The notes below the pieces were generated by a model that did not search any database, was not told the origin of the DNA, and saw only the letters and a list, made by a program, of their open reading frames with translations. Below are positions 25,309-35,915 of a stretch of DNA of 61,809 nt, one piece after another (within the stretch, counting starts at the first letter, position 1; the number at the start of each line of letters is the position of its first letter). Where the stretch lies: contig JBGPMG010000001.1 in assembly GCA_041486815.1 (NCBI GenBank), forward strand, positions 1-61,809. The letters are read 5' to 3'. Position numbers and translations under genes: made by a program. The DNA is from Candidatus Eiseniibacteriota bacterium. GTDB taxonomy: Bacteria > Eisenbacteria > RBG-16-71-46 > SZUA-252.

Positions 25309-25394
25309 GCGTGATCCATGCGATCGCGCTCGCGGTAGCGCTTCTTCTCTTCATCTATCTGATCATCGCGCTCTTCCGCCCGGAGCGGTTCTGA
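25305..25394 (+). CDS. kdpF: K+-transporting ATPase subunit F
   Basis: MSVIHAIALAVALLLFIYLIIALFRPERF (29 aa). It is the tail of track ORF 25170..25394, has the typical KdpF length and ..RPE.F ending, and sits directly before kdpA. Confidence 0.8.
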   Translation: MSVIHAIALAVALLLFIYLIIALFRPERF

Positions 25395-25395
25395 G

Positions 25396-27144
25396 ATGAC
25401 GCTCGCCTGGCTCGAGATTGCGCTCTATCTCGCTGTCCTCCTCCTTGCCGTCAAGCCGCTCGGCGCGTATATGGCGCGAGTGCTCGAGGGTGAACGGACC
25501 TGGATGTCGCGCGCGTTCGGACCGCTGGAGCGGTTGTGCTACCGCGTGGCGCGGGTCAACCCCACACAGGAGATGGGTTGGAAGCGATACGCCGGCGCGA
25601 TGCTCTTCTTCAACGTGGCCGGGCTTTTCGCGGTATACGCGCTCCAGCGCCTGCAGCACCTGCTGCCGCTCAATCCGGCGAGACTCGGGCCCGTGACCCC
25701 CGATTCCTCGTTCAACACAGCGGTCAGCTTTGCCACGAACACCAACTGGCAAGGCTACGCGGGAGAGGCCACGATGAGTTACCTCACCCAAATGGTGGGG
25801 CTCACGGTCCAGAACTTCGTATCAGCGGCGACCGGTATCGCGGTTCTCGCCGCGTTCATTCGCGGATTCGCACGGCGGTCCTCATCCACCATCGGCAATT
25901 TCTGGGCCGACCTCGTTCGCAGCACGCTGTACATCATGCTGCCCCTTTCGATCGTGCTGTCTCTCGCCCTCGTGTCGCAGGGCGTCGTGCAGACGCTCGG
26001 GCCGTATCAAACGGTTCATCTGGTCCAGCCGGCGGTGGCGCCGGACGGCAAGGTGATCAGCACCCAGATCCTCGCTCTCGGTCCCGCTGCGTCCCAAGTC
26101 GCGGTCAAGCAGCTCGGCACGAATGGAGGCGGGTTCTACAACGTGAACTCGGCGCATCCGTTCGAAAACCCGACGCCGCTCTCGTGTTTCCTTCAGCTGT
26201 TGGCGATTCTCCTGATTTCGGGCGCGCTCTGTTACACGTTCGGGAAAATGGTGGGGGATACGCGTCAGGGATGGGCCGTGCTGGCCGCCATGACCGTCGT
26301 GCTGGTGGCTTGCCTCGCGTGCACCATGCTGGCCGAGCAGGCGGGGAACCCGCGGCTTACGTCCGCGGGGGCGGACCAGATACCGTCCGGGACGAGCCCG
26401 GGCGGCAACATGGAAGGCAAGGAGGCTCGATTCGGGATCGGCCTCTCTGCGCTGTGGGCAGTCACTACGACGGCGGCGGCGAACGGTTCGGTCAACGCGA
26501 TGCATGACTCCTTCACACCGCTGGGCGGCCTCATTCCCATGTGGCTGATCCAGCTGGGCGAAGTGATCTACGGCGGCGTTGGGTCCGGGCTCTATGGGAT
26601 GTTGGCGTTTGCGATCGTCGCCGTGTTCGTGGCGGGGCTCATGGTCGGACGCACGCCCGAGTACGTGGGGAAGAAGATCGAAGCCCACGAGATGAAGATG
26701 GCTTCGCTGATCGTGCTACTCCCGCCATTCCTCGTGCTGGTGGGAACCGCCGCTTCGGTTGTGTCTACCCGCGGACTCGCCACCATCTTCAATCCGGGCA
26801 TCCACGGCTTCAGCGAAGTGCTCTACGCATTCTCGTCCGCGAGCAACAACAATGGCAGCGCCTTCGCGGGCCTCGGCGCCAATACACCCTGGTACAACCT
26901 CTTGTTGGGAGTGGCGATGTTCCTGGGCCGCTTCTGGCTCGCTATTCCCGCGCTCGCGATCGCAGGTTCGCTCGCCGCCAAGAAGCGTGTGCCGCCAGGT
27001 GCGGGCACTCTGCCCACGCACACGCCGTTGTTTGTTCTGCTCCTCGTAACCACGGTCGTGATCGTCGGGGCGCTGACCTTCCTCCCCGCGCTTGCGCTGG
27101 GACCGATTGTGGAGCACCTCGTGATGATCGGAGGAGCGCCGTGA
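25396..27144 (+). CDS. kdpA: K+-transporting ATPase subunit A
   Basis: 582-aa multi-pass ORF with NTNWQGY and GTNGGGF selectivity-filter-like motifs, located at the head of the kdp operon. Confidence 0.97.
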   Translation: MTLAWLEIALYLAVLLLAVKPLGAYMARVLEGERTWMSRAFGPLERLCYRVARVNPTQEMGWKRYAGAMLFFNVAGLFAVYALQRLQHLLPLNPARLGPVTPDSSFNTAVSFATNTNWQGYAGEATMSYLTQMVGLTVQNFVSAATGIAVLAAFIRGFARRSSSTIGNFWADLVRSTLYIMLPLSIVLSLALVSQGVVQTLGPYQTVHLVQPAVAPDGKVISTQILALGPAASQVAVKQLGTNGGGFYNVNSAHPFENPTPLSCFLQLLAILLISGALCYTFGKMVGDTRQGWAVLAAMTVVLVACLACTMLAEQAGNPRLTSAGADQIPSGTSPGGNMEGKEARFGIGLSALWAVTTTAAANGSVNAMHDSFTPLGGLIPMWLIQLGEVIYGGVGSGLYGMLAFAIVAVFVAGLMVGRTPEYVGKKIEAHEMKMASLIVLLPPFLVLVGTAASVVSTRGLATIFNPGIHGFSEVLYAFSSASNNNGSAFAGLGANTPWYNLLLGVAMFLGRFWLAIPALAIAGSLAAKKRVPPGAGTLPTHTPLFVLLLVTTVVIVGALTFLPALALGPIVEHLVMIGGAP

Positions 27145-29213
27145 GCCAGCAGAACCGCAAGCGCCCCTTGTTCGATCCGCCCATCGTGCGCCGCGCCGCG
27201 GTCGAGGCGTTCGTCAAGCTCGACCCGCGCCAGCAGATTCGAAATCCGGTCATGTTCGTCGTGCTGATCGTCAGCATGCTCACGACGGGCCTGGGCGTGG
27301 CGGCCGTGGTCGGCCACGGCGAGGCGCCGGTTGGCTTTGTATTCGCGATCGCGGCGTGGCTGTGGTTCACGCTCGTCTTCGCCAATTTCGCCGAGGCGCT
27401 GGCCGAGGGGCGTGGAAAGGCACAAGCCGAATCGATGCGACGCGCGCGCACGGACCTATTCGCGAGGAGGTTGCGCGATCCGGAGAATCACCTGTCCATC
27501 GAGGTCATCCCGGCCCCGATGCTTCGCCGCGAGAATGTCGTGCTCGTCGGCGCGGGCGACATCATCCCCTGCGACGGGGAAGTCATCGAAGGCGTGGCGT
27601 CCGTCGACGAAAGCGCCATCACCGGCGAAAGCGCGCCCGTGATCCGCGAGAGCGGAGGCGATCGGAACGCCGTGACCGGCGGGACGCGAGTGCTCTCCGA
27701 TTGGCTCGTCGTGCGCGTGACCGCCAATCCCGGGGAGACCTTCCTCGACCGGATGATCGCCATGGTGGAGGGCGCCAAGCGTCAGAAGACACCCAACGAG
27801 ATCGCCCTCTCGATTCTGCTCGTGGCGCTGACGCTCGTGTTTCTCTTCGCGACCGCGACGCTTCTTCCGTTCTCGATATACGCGGTAAAGACGGGCGGCG
27901 GGGGACACATCGTCCCGGTCACGGTGCTCGTGGCTCTCCTCGTCTGCCTCATCCCGACCACGATCGGTGGTCTCCTCTCCGCGATCGGGATTGCTGGGAT
28001 GGACCGCCTGATGCACGCAAACGTGATGGCCATGTCGGGCCGTGCGGTGGAAGCCGCGGGAGACGTGGACGTGCTGCTGCTCGATAAAACCGGGACCATT
28101 ACGCTCGGCAACCGCCAGGCGACGGAGTTGATGCCGGCCGAAGGCGTCCCGCCCGAGCAACTTGCCGACGCCGCGCAGCTCGCTTCGCTCTCGGATGAGA
28201 CGCCGGAGGGGCGGAGCATCGTCGTCCTGGCAAAAGAGAAGTACGGTCTGCGTGAACGGAATCTCCAGGCCGCGCACGCGGTGTTTGTTCCCTTCAGCGC
28301 TCAGACACGCATGAGCGGCGTCGATATGGACGGCCGGGTGATCCGAAAGGGTGCCGCCGAGGCCATCGAAGCCTGGGTGCGGAGCAAAGGCGGTGCATTC
28401 CCCGATGCCGTGAGGGTCGCGGTCGAGGCGGTCGCGCGTCAGGGTGCCACGCCGCTCGTCGTCGCTGAGGGAGTCCACGTACTGGGAGTGATACGGCTCA
28501 AGGACGTGGTCAAGGGCGGCATTCGAGACCGCTTCGCGCAACTTCGAAGGATGGGCATTTCCACTGTGATGATCACCGGTGACAACCAGCTCACAGCGGC
28601 GGCCATCGCTGCCGAAGCGGGGGTCGATGACTTCCTTGCCGAGGCGACTCCCGAGGCCAAGCTCAAGCTGATCCGCAGCCACCAGGAAGGTGGGCGGCTG
28701 GTCGCCATGACCGGGGACGGCACGAATGACGCGCCGGCCCTGGCGCAGGCGGATGTTGCGGTCGCGATGAACACGGGAACCCAGGCGGCGAAAGAAGCCG
28801 GGAATATGGTCGACCTCGATTCGAACCCGACCAAGCTGATCGAGATCGTTGAGACGGGGAAGCAGCTTCTGATGACTCGTGGCGCGCTCACCACCTTCAG
28901 CATCGCCAACGATGTGGCCAAGTACTTCGCGATCATTCCGGCCGCCTTCGCCGCCACCTATCCGCAACTCGGCGTGCTGAACGTGATGGGCTTGGCCACG
29001 CCGCAGAGCGCGATCCTCTCCGCCGTGATCTTCAACGCCTTAATCATCATCGCGCTCATCCCGCTCGCGCTCCGTGGAGTGCGCTACCGGCCCCTGGGCG
29101 CGTCGGCAGTGCTTCAGCTCAACCTGCTCGTGTATGGGGTTGGGGGACTGATCGCGCCGTTTATCGGAATCAAATTGATCGACATGATCTTGGTCGCTCT
29201 GCGGCTCACCTGA
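27141..29213 (+). CDS. kdpB: K+-transporting P-type ATPase subunit B
   Basis: Track ORF 26541..29213 trimmed to GTG 27141 (GTGA overlap with the kdpA stop). Motifs: [10 protein letters not shown] (DKTGT), [17 protein letters not shown]. Confidence 0.97.
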   Translation: MSQQNRKRPLFDPPIVRRAAVEAFVKLDPRQQIRNPVMFVVLIVSMLTTGLGVAAVVGHGEAPVGFVFAIAAWLWFTLVFANFAEALAEGRGKAQAESMRRARTDLFARRLRDPENHLSIEVIPAPMLRRENVVLVGAGDIIPCDGEVIEGVASVDESAITGESAPVIRESGGDRNAVTGGTRVLSDWLVVRVTANPGETFLDRMIAMVEGAKRQKTPNEIALSILLVALTLVFLFATATLLPFSIYAVKTGGGGHIVPVTVLVALLVCLIPTTIGGLLSAIGIAGMDRLMHANVMAMSGRAVEAAGDVDVLLLDKTGTITLGNRQATELMPAEGVPPEQLADAAQLASLSDETPEGRSIVVLAKEKYGLRERNLQAAHAVFVPFSAQTRMSGVDMDGRVIRKGAAEAIEAWVRSKGGAFPDAVRVAVEAVARQGATPLVVAEGVHVLGVIRLKDVVKGGIRDRFAQLRRMGISTVMITGDNQLTAAAIAAEAGVDDFLAEATPEAKLKLIRSHQEGGRLVAMTGDGTNDAPALAQADVAVAMNTGTQAAKEAGNMVDLDSNPTKLIEIVETGKQLLMTRGALTTFSIANDVAKYFAIIPAAFAATYPQLGVLNVMGLATPQSAILSAVIFNALIIIALIPLALRGVRYRPLGASAVLQLNLLVYGVGGLIAPFIGIKLIDMILVALRLT

Positions 29214-29220
29214 GGAGACC

Positions 29221-29802
29221 ATGCACAAGGAGCTCGGTCCCGCCATCTTGATGCTCTTGGTAATGACCCTGATCACCGGTGTGCTCTATCCGCTTGGGGT
29301 CACGGGATTGGCCCAGGTGCTGTTCCCGCACCAGGCCAATGGAAGCCTGATCGTCCGCCAAGGCGAGGTCGTCGGGTCGTCGTGGATCGGCCAACCTTTC
29401 ACGGATCCCAAGTATTTTTGGGGGCGGCTCTCCGCGACCTCACCTCCCTACAACGCCGGCGCTTCCTCCGGCTCCAACCTCGGGCCCACGAATCCTGCAC
29501 TCGAGGAAGGGGTGCGCGGCCGTATCACGGCCCTTCGCGCTGGCGATCCGGGGGCGCTCGTGCCCGTGCCGGTGGATCTGGTCACCTCATCGGGCAGCGG
29601 CCTGGATCCGCATGTCAGTGTCGCGGCCGCCGAATATCAAGTGCGTCGTGTGGCGAAGGCGCGCGGTCTCACGCCGGAGCAAGTCCGCCGGGCAATTGCC
29701 GCGCACACGACGGGACGCTTTCTTGGTCTGATCGGCGAGCCCGTCGTGAACGTGCTCGAGCTCAACTTGGCGCTCGACGCCATATCGGCGAGGAACCCAT
29801 GA
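29221..29802 (+). CDS. kdpC: K+-transporting ATPase subunit C
   Basis: 193-aa ORF: single N-terminal TM, GSNLGPTNP, SGSGLDPHVS. Confidence 0.95.
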   Translation: MHKELGPAILMLLVMTLITGVLYPLGVTGLAQVLFPHQANGSLIVRQGEVVGSSWIGQPFTDPKYFWGRLSATSPPYNAGASSGSNLGPTNPALEEGVRGRITALRAGDPGALVPVPVDLVTSSGSGLDPHVSVAAAEYQVRRVAKARGLTPEQVRRAIAAHTTGRFLGLIGEPVVNVLELNLALDAISARNP

Positions 29803-29913
29803 ATCTGCCCCGGCACATCTACCCCACGCCCTCCACCCATATCCGCCCGCCTATACTAATATGTACGCCTGAGCTCTTACCGACTGGCGACAAGTAGTCC
29901 CCCGAGGGGACCG

Positions 29914-32652
29914 ATGCGCGATCCAAAGCGCGATCCCGAAGCAATCCTCACGCAGCTTCGCCAGGCCCAGGAACGCGAGTCTCAGGGCAAGTTCAAGATT
30001 TTCTTCGGCGCCGCGGCGGGCGTGGGGAAGACCTATGCCATGCTGGTCGAGGCGCACGACCGGAAACGGGCCGGAGTTGACATCGTCGTCGGTGTGGCGG
30101 AAACGCATGGCCGCGCCGAGACCGCGGCACTGCTTGAGGGGCTGGAAACGCTGCCTCTCCGTGAGGTGGAATACCGCGGCACCCGTCTCAGTGAGTTCGA
30201 CCTCGACGCCGCTCTCGCTCGAAAACCCAAGCTACTTCTCCTGGACGAGCTGGCGCACACGAATGCGCCCGGCTCTCGCCACGCCAAGCGCTGGCAGGAC
30301 ATCGAGGAGTTGCTGGCCGCTGGCATTGACGTGTATACAACGCTCAATGTGCAGCACGTTGAAAGTCTCTGGGATGCCGTCGCCGAGATAACCGGGGTCC
30401 TCGTTCGAGAGACGGTTCCGGATTCCATGATCGACCGGGCCGACGAGATCAAGATCGTCGACCTCCCGCCGGATGACCTCCTGCAGCGCCTTCGGGAAGG
30501 CAAGGTCTACATCGCCCCGCAGATCGAACGCGCCATGGAGAACTTTTTCCGTAAGGACAAGTTGATCGCCTTGCGAGAGCTTGCTCTCCGGCGAACCGCG
30601 GAGCGCGTCGACGCGCAGATGGAGCCGTACCGTCGCGCGCAGGAGCGCCACCGCGCCCCGTCGGGCGGCCGGCTCCTTGTCTGTATCGGAAGTCCGGCGA
30701 CGGCGCCGAGGCTCGTGAGGGCGGCTCGAAGGATGGCGAGTAGTCTGAAGGTGCCCTGGACGGCACTGTACGTGCAGCGACAGGGCAGGTCGCAAGGAGC
30801 CCAGAAGGACGAGGAATATCTTTCGGATGTGTTGTCCTTCGCCGAGGAGTTGGGGGCGGACGCTGTTGTCCTGAGCGGTCTCAGGATCAGCGATGAAATT
30901 CTGGCGTATGCCCGCGAGCACAATGTTTCGCGGATCGTAATCGGCAAACCCTCGCGCCCTCGATGGCAGGAGATTCTGTTCGGCTCTCTCGCCAACTCGC
31001 TCATCCGCGAGAGTCGCGAAATGGACGTGTACGTGATCCGCGGCGATGTGGGAGATGAGCACGATACCCCTAAGTCGATCCCGAACGAACGACCCCGGGG
31101 GGCGACCTATATCCGCTCGCTCGTTACCGTGGGGGTTTGCAGTCTGGTTGCGTGGTTCATGAAGCCGTATTTCGATCTCTCGAACTTGATCATGGTCTAT
31201 CTCCTCGGCGTCATGCTCGTGGCGGTCAGCCTGGGCCGCGGTCCAGCGATCCTAGCCTCGGTCTTGAGCGTGTTTGCGTTCGATTTCTTCTTCGTGCCTC
31301 CCTTTTTCACCTTTGGCGTGTCCGACACCCAGTACCTCGTCACCTTCTCCGTCATGCTCGCTGCGGCATTGGTTATCAGCACGATGGCGGCGCGATTGCG
31401 GACGCAGACTCAGGCTGCCCGCGATCGCGAACGCCGCACGGCGGCCTTATACAAGCTGAGCCGCGATCTGGCCGGCAGGCAGAACGTGGACGAACTTCTC
31501 AGCACAGCCGTAGAGACGGTCCAGGACATTTTCTCGAGCCGTGTCGTGATTCTCCTACCCGACACGAACTCACGAGTGGGGGTCCGAGCCGGTGACGAGT
31601 CCCTCCTCGGACCGGGTGGGCACGACCATGGGGTCGCGCAGTGGGTCTTCGATCGCGGGGAGCCGGCCGGCCTCGGGACCCAAACCCTCCCGGCCGCCCA
31701 GGCACTGTTCATTCCATTGAAAGGGTCGCGAGGGGCAGCCGGGGTCCTCGGGGTCCGCCCCGCGAGCGTTCGAGCGCTTCTACGCCCGGACCAGTTCCGC
31801 CTGCTCGAGACTTGTGCGAGCCAGACCGCGCTCGCGCTCGAGCGGGCCGAGCTGGCGGCGCAGGCGGAGCGGTCCCGTATTCAGATCGAGGCGGAGCGGC
31901 TGCGAAACACGCTGCTCAGCTCCGTCTCCCACGACCTGAGGACGCCCCTCGCGGGCATCACCGGAGCGGCGAGCAGCCTTCTCGAAGGCGATGACAAACT
32001 TCCTCCGGAGACGCGGCGCGAGCTCGTGGAATCGATCGGTGAAGAGGCGGCCCGTCTCAATCGGTTGGTCGGGAACCTGCTGGACATGACGCGGCTCGAG
32101 TCCGGAGAGCTTAAGGTGCAGAAGGAGTGGCACTCGCTGGAAGAGGTGATCGGAGCGGCGCTGGAGCGTCTCGGGCCCCGGCTCGATGGCCGATCGATCG
32201 AGGTCACCCTTCCTGACGAGTTGGGGCTGGTGCCGCTCGACGACGTCCTTATCGAACAAGTGATGTTCAATCTCGTGGAGAATGCGTTGAAATACACGCC
32301 TGCGGGATCGCCGATTGAGATTCGGGCCGAGTCCGCTCCGGGAGAGGTGTGGGTCGAGGTGGCGGACCGCGGGCCGGGCATTCCCCCGGGAGAAGAGCAG
32401 CGCGTCTTCGAGAAATTCTATAGATTCCGCGAAGCGAACCGTCCCGGCGGGATCGGACTCGGTCTTACGATCGCTCGGGGCATCGCGGAAGCGCACGGCG
32501 GGCAGATGACGGCGGGCAACCGACCCGACGGGGGGGCGCGGTTTCGGTTCAGTCTGCCCGTCGAAGGGGAACCTCCACGGCTCGAGCCGGAAGTGAAGCA
32601 AGCCGAAGCTGATATTCCGAGAGGGGCCGATGCGGCAGACGGCCGAGGCTGA
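29914..32652 (+). CDS. kdpD: sensor histidine kinase KdpD
   Basis: 912-aa ORF. N-terminal KdpD domain ([15 protein letters not shown]), a Usp-like region, four TM segments, a GAF-like region, H-box [11 protein letters not shown], and the ATPase motifs [11 protein letters not shown]. Confidence 0.95.
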   Translation: MRDPKRDPEAILTQLRQAQERESQGKFKIFFGAAAGVGKTYAMLVEAHDRKRAGVDIVVGVAETHGRAETAALLEGLETLPLREVEYRGTRLSEFDLDAALARKPKLLLLDELAHTNAPGSRHAKRWQDIEELLAAGIDVYTTLNVQHVESLWDAVAEITGVLVRETVPDSMIDRADEIKIVDLPPDDLLQRLREGKVYIAPQIERAMENFFRKDKLIALRELALRRTAERVDAQMEPYRRAQERHRAPSGGRLLVCIGSPATAPRLVRAARRMASSLKVPWTALYVQRQGRSQGAQKDEEYLSDVLSFAEELGADAVVLSGLRISDEILAYAREHNVSRIVIGKPSRPRWQEILFGSLANSLIRESREMDVYVIRGDVGDEHDTPKSIPNERPRGATYIRSLVTVGVCSLVAWFMKPYFDLSNLIMVYLLGVMLVAVSLGRGPAILASVLSVFAFDFFFVPPFFTFGVSDTQYLVTFSVMLAAALVISTMAARLRTQTQAARDRERRTAALYKLSRDLAGRQNVDELLSTAVETVQDIFSSRVVILLPDTNSRVGVRAGDESLLGPGGHDHGVAQWVFDRGEPAGLGTQTLPAAQALFIPLKGSRGAAGVLGVRPASVRALLRPDQFRLLETCASQTALALERAELAAQAERSRIQIEAERLRNTLLSSVSHDLRTPLAGITGAASSLLEGDDKLPPETRRELVESIGEEAARLNRLVGNLLDMTRLESGELKVQKEWHSLEEVIGAALERLGPRLDGRSIEVTLPDELGLVPLDDVLIEQVMFNLVENALKYTPAGSPIEIRAESAPGEVWVEVADRGPGIPPGEEQRVFEKFYRFREANRPGGIGLGLTIARGIAEAHGGQMTAGNRPDGGARFRFSLPVEGEPPRLEPEVKQAEADIPRGADAADGRG

Positions 32653-33355
32653 GAGCCAGGGATCACAACCTGCGCTGATCCTCGTGATCGAGGACGAGCT
32701 GCAGATTCTGAGGTTCCTACGCGCGGCGCTCACGAGCCACGGTTTTCGATACGTCGAAGCGACCACTGGGGAGGAGGGTCTTCGTCAGGCTGCGACTCGC
32801 GCGCCTGACCTGATCGTGCTCGACCTCGGTCTTCCGGACCAAGATGGGCTCGAGGTGACTCGACGCTTGCGAGAGTGGTCGGCAGTGCCGATCGTCGTCC
32901 TGTCCGCACGCGGGAAGGAAAGGGACAAGATTACCGCGCTGGACGCGGGAGCAGATGACTACGTTACGAAGCCCTTCGCAATCGGAGAGCTGATGGCGCG
33001 CTTACGAGCGGCGCTGCGCCACGGGGCGAGGGCGGGGCAGGACCCGGGTGAGGAGACCCTCGAAGTCGGGAATCTGCGAATGGATCGGGTTCGTCGCCTT
33101 GTGTTCCGCGACGGGGCGGAGGTGCGACTGACCCCGATCGAATACAAGCTATTGGTCGCGCTCGCGAAATATCCCGGCCGCGTGCTGACGCATGCGCAGC
33201 TGTTGCGGCAGGTCTGGGGGCCCGGCTATGCGCGGCAAACGCATTACCTGCGGGTGTACATGGCGCAGTTGCGCCACAAGCTCGAGGTCGATCCGGCCCG
33301 GCCTAGATACCTCATCACGGAACCGGGAGTTGGGTATCGGCTTCGGGAGGAATGA
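32630..33355 (+). CDS. kdpE: OmpR-family response regulator KdpE
   Basis: 241-aa ORF that overlaps the kdpD 3' end. [23 protein letters not shown] receiver domain, plus the winged-helix segment [17 protein letters not shown]. Confidence 0.9.
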   Translation: MRQTAEAESQGSQPALILVIEDELQILRFLRAALTSHGFRYVEATTGEEGLRQAATRAPDLIVLDLGLPDQDGLEVTRRLREWSAVPIVVLSARGKERDKITALDAGADDYVTKPFAIGELMARLRAALRHGARAGQDPGEETLEVGNLRMDRVRRLVFRDGAEVRLTPIEYKLLVALAKYPGRVLTHAQLLRQVWGPGYARQTHYLRVYMAQLRHKLEVDPARPRYLITEPGVGYRLREE

Positions 33356-33397
33356 AGCCTCCGGCGGGTAGCGAACGCCCTGATTCCGGGCCCGCCG

Positions 33398-33889
33398 CTA
33401 GCGCAGCCGCGTCAGCCAGCCCAATTGACCCGCGGCGGCCATCGCGATCAGCCACAGAAACGCGGCGAGCACGATCCAGAGCGCGGCTCGGAGCATGGAG
33501 CCCGCGGCGCGGAACGCCGGCGGGACGCCGGCGCCGAACGCGGCGCCTGCGATGCCTAAGCGCATTACCAAGATCCCGACGATTCCTGTGGACTGATGCA
33601 GCGCGAACCCGCGAGCCGCTCCGGTAAGACAGCCCAGCACGCCGCCGGCGATCGCGAGGTTGCGCACCCAGGCGCCGAACGGGCGTCCCGCGAGCACGGC
33701 CGGGCCCGAGCTGGTGCCTGAGCTGGCCGGGCCCGCTGCCCCCGTGTAAGACGCCTGGGGCGTTGGCCCTGGATCCCAAGGCTGGAAGCTGGGCGGAGGA
33801 TCAGGCGCGGTTGGATTCGGCGTCACCGAAGGCACGTTGACTTGCGGGCCATGCGGGCCCCACGGGGACTGTGAAGGATAGTCGCTCAT
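33398..33889 (-). CDS. membrane protein with a Pro-rich N-terminus
   Basis: 163-aa ORF. It forms an ATGA overlap with the upstream gene. The Pro-rich first 60 aa are followed by three or four hydrophobic segments. Confidence 0.6.
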   Translation of the reverse strand: MSDYPSQSPWGPHGPQVNVPSVTPNPTAPDPPPSFQPWDPGPTPQASYTGAAGPASSGTSSGPAVLAGRPFGAWVRNLAIAGGVLGCLTGAARGFALHQSTGIVGILVMRLGIAGAAFGAGVPPAFRAAGSMLRAALWIVLAAFLWLIAMAAAGQLGWLTRLR

Positions 33890-34542
33890 CGTTGCTCCAA
33901 GGTGCGAGGAGGGGAGTGCGGGCTCGCGGCCGGCGTTTCAGTGGCGGCCCTGCTCTGATCTCTTTGTTGTTCGGACGCTTTCCATGGCCCGAGGGCGATA
34001 TAGGTAACGGTATCCCAAGAATTATGGATCCCGATGAATAAAAGCATGAGGGCGGCAGCTCCAACGACGAATAAAGCCGAGCCTGGACTTCGCTGAAGCG
34101 CAATCGCCGCGAGTAGAAGCGATAAATAGGACGCGAGAGGGAGAGCGGCGTGCCACATCCAGTCTCCGAAGTCCGGCCTGTACCCGGCCTGAAGGCGCGC
34201 GCGCTTGATGACGATTCCTCCATAGATCACGCCCGCCAGACCGGATGTCCCGATCGCAAGAGCGACGTACGAAAGTGAACCCCAAGGTGCGCTCATGATC
34301 GCGCCAAGGAGCAGGACGGCGCAAAAATGCATCACAGTCGGAGTTCCGAACGCCGAGATCTCCTTGCGGCTGCTCCCTCGACCCGCCTCGGCGACCAACG
34401 CCATGACCACGAACTGGAGTCCGGTCAGCGCCCCGGCAGAGGAACCGACGATGATGTAGAAATTTTCCCACGCGGCAAGGTGAGCGGCCACAGCGTTGTG
34501 CATCATGAGGTGTAGACTATCCATCAGGATTTTGGCACGCAA
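33886..34542 (-). CDS. multi-pass membrane protein of unknown function
   Basis: 218-aa ORF with about six hydrophobic segments and a polar C-terminal tail. Confidence 0.6.
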   Translation of the reverse strand: MRAKILMDSLHLMMHNAVAAHLAAWENFYIIVGSSAGALTGLQFVVMALVAEAGRGSSRKEISAFGTPTVMHFCAVLLLGAIMSAPWGSLSYVALAIGTSGLAGVIYGGIVIKRARLQAGYRPDFGDWMWHAALPLASYLSLLLAAIALQRSPGSALFVVGAAALMLLFIGIHNSWDTVTYIALGPWKASEQQRDQSRAATETPAASPHSPPRTLEQR

Positions 34543-34599
34543 CCCCGATCTGACGGACCGCGCGTTGGCGGCCGGACCGGATCACAACGAGGGCCGCAC

Positions 34600-35205
34600 A
34601 TGTCTCTTGTACGTCAAAACGTCGCCAGCTCAGCCGATCGCGCAGCTACCCGGGTCGCCCAAGTCCTAGTGGCAGTGGCCGCGCTTCTCGTAGCCTGCGG
34701 CGGCGAAAAGAAGCCGAACGCGCCGAGGGACGCCACCACGACGGTTGTCGTCGACTCCCTCGCCTTCATGCGCACTGACTCGACCTTCGCCGCGATGGGG
34801 ACGACACCCCTCGTCTGCTGCGGGCTCTACGACCCCTCGTTCGTCAACGAGCGGGCCATCCGGGTCGTCCTGTACGATCCAGCGAACCAGAAGGCCGGCT
34901 GGCAGATCTTGATCCTGATCGACCGGGCGCAGGCCGGCGCGGCCGTCACGCTCCCCACGGCTCCCGTCGCGCCGAGCAAAGTTCCGGCCGTGTCGATGTT
35001 CGTGGCCGACTTGGGCAACGATCTGAGCAGCGACGCGGACGAGTCGTCCGGGACCATCACGGTCCATTCGTTCAGCTGTGGTCCCACGGCCATTCAGATC
35101 GACTTCAGCGTCGACGCGACCCTGGCCAGCGAGTTCGCCGGCGGACCTCCCATGAGTGTCAAAGGGACGTTTCGTGCTACGTTTCCGGCGAAATCGTGCT
35201 CGTGA
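34600..35205 (+). CDS. lipoprotein of unknown function
   Basis: 201-aa ORF with the signal and lipobox VAVAALLVAC. Confidence 0.6.
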   Translation: MSLVRQNVASSADRAATRVAQVLVAVAALLVACGGEKKPNAPRDATTTVVVDSLAFMRTDSTFAAMGTTPLVCCGLYDPSFVNERAIRVVLYDPANQKAGWQILILIDRAQAGAAVTLPTAPVAPSKVPAVSMFVADLGNDLSSDADESSGTITVHSFSCGPTAIQIDFSVDATLASEFAGGPPMSVKGTFRATFPAKSCS

Positions 35206-35245
35206 GGTATCCCCCTATCTCCCTTCATTCCCAAGGAGCAACACC

Positions 35246-35707
35246 ATGCAAAAGATCACTCCATTCCTGTGGTTCAACAACAACGCTGAGGAGGCCATGA
35301 ATTTCTACACCTCCATATTCAAGAATTCGAAGATCATGAACGTCATGCGCTACGGAGAAGCAGGGCCTGGTCCCAAGGGAACGGTGATGGGTGCGACATT
35401 CCAACTCGAAGGGCAAGAATTCAAAGCCTTGAACGGCGGCCCGCAATTCACCTTCACGCCGGCCATTTCGTTGTTCGTGAGCTGTGAGACGCAGAAAGAA
35501 GTGGATGATTTGTGGGAGAGGCTCTCGGAGGGCGGAGAGAAGAACAACTGCGGATGGCTTAGGGACAAATTCGGCGTCTCCTGGCAGATCATTCCTAGTG
35601 TCCTTGGCAAGCTGCTACAGGACAAGGACCCGGCGAAGGCAAATCGAGCCATGAAGGCGATGCTTCAAATGACCAAACTGGACATCAAGACTCTCCAGGA
35701 GGCCTAG
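35246..35707 (+). CDS. VOC/glyoxalase-fold protein (PhnB / 3-demethylubiquinone methyltransferase-domain family)
   Basis: Track ORF 35156..35707 trimmed to ATG 35246, which follows AAGGAG. MQKITPFLWFNNNAEEAMNFYTSIF..GGEKNNCGWLRDKFGVSWQIIP is the family signature. Its G+C is visibly much lower than that of its neighbours. Confidence 0.85.
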   Translation: MQKITPFLWFNNNAEEAMNFYTSIFKNSKIMNVMRYGEAGPGPKGTVMGATFQLEGQEFKALNGGPQFTFTPAISLFVSCETQKEVDDLWERLSEGGEKNNCGWLRDKFGVSWQIIPSVLGKLLQDKDPAKANRAMKAMLQMTKLDIKTLQEA

Positions 35708-35762
35708 GACCAGCAGGAGTCAAGAGCCGAGCCCGTAGGCGGTCGGTGAGGGTGAAAGCGAA

Positions 35763-35793
35763 GCGCCCCAGAGTGTTGCGCCCTCTGGGGCGC
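35763..35793. repeat. conserved extragenic hairpin, copy B (GCGCCCCAGAG-tgttgcgcc-CTCTGGGGCGC)
   Basis: 11-bp stem, 56 nt after the stop at 35707. The flank CTTGCATTG is the reverse complement of the CAATGCAA-type left flank of copies A and C, so this copy is inverted. Confidence 0.7.
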
Positions 35794-35915
35794 CTTGCAT
35801 TGTCAGGGAGATGGGGAAGCAATTGGGGGAGCCGGGATGGGGGTCTCCGGAGAAATTACAGGTCCAGCGCAGCCCTTCTGCCGATGATACGGAGATCGGG
35901 GGAAGGGGGCTCGTC

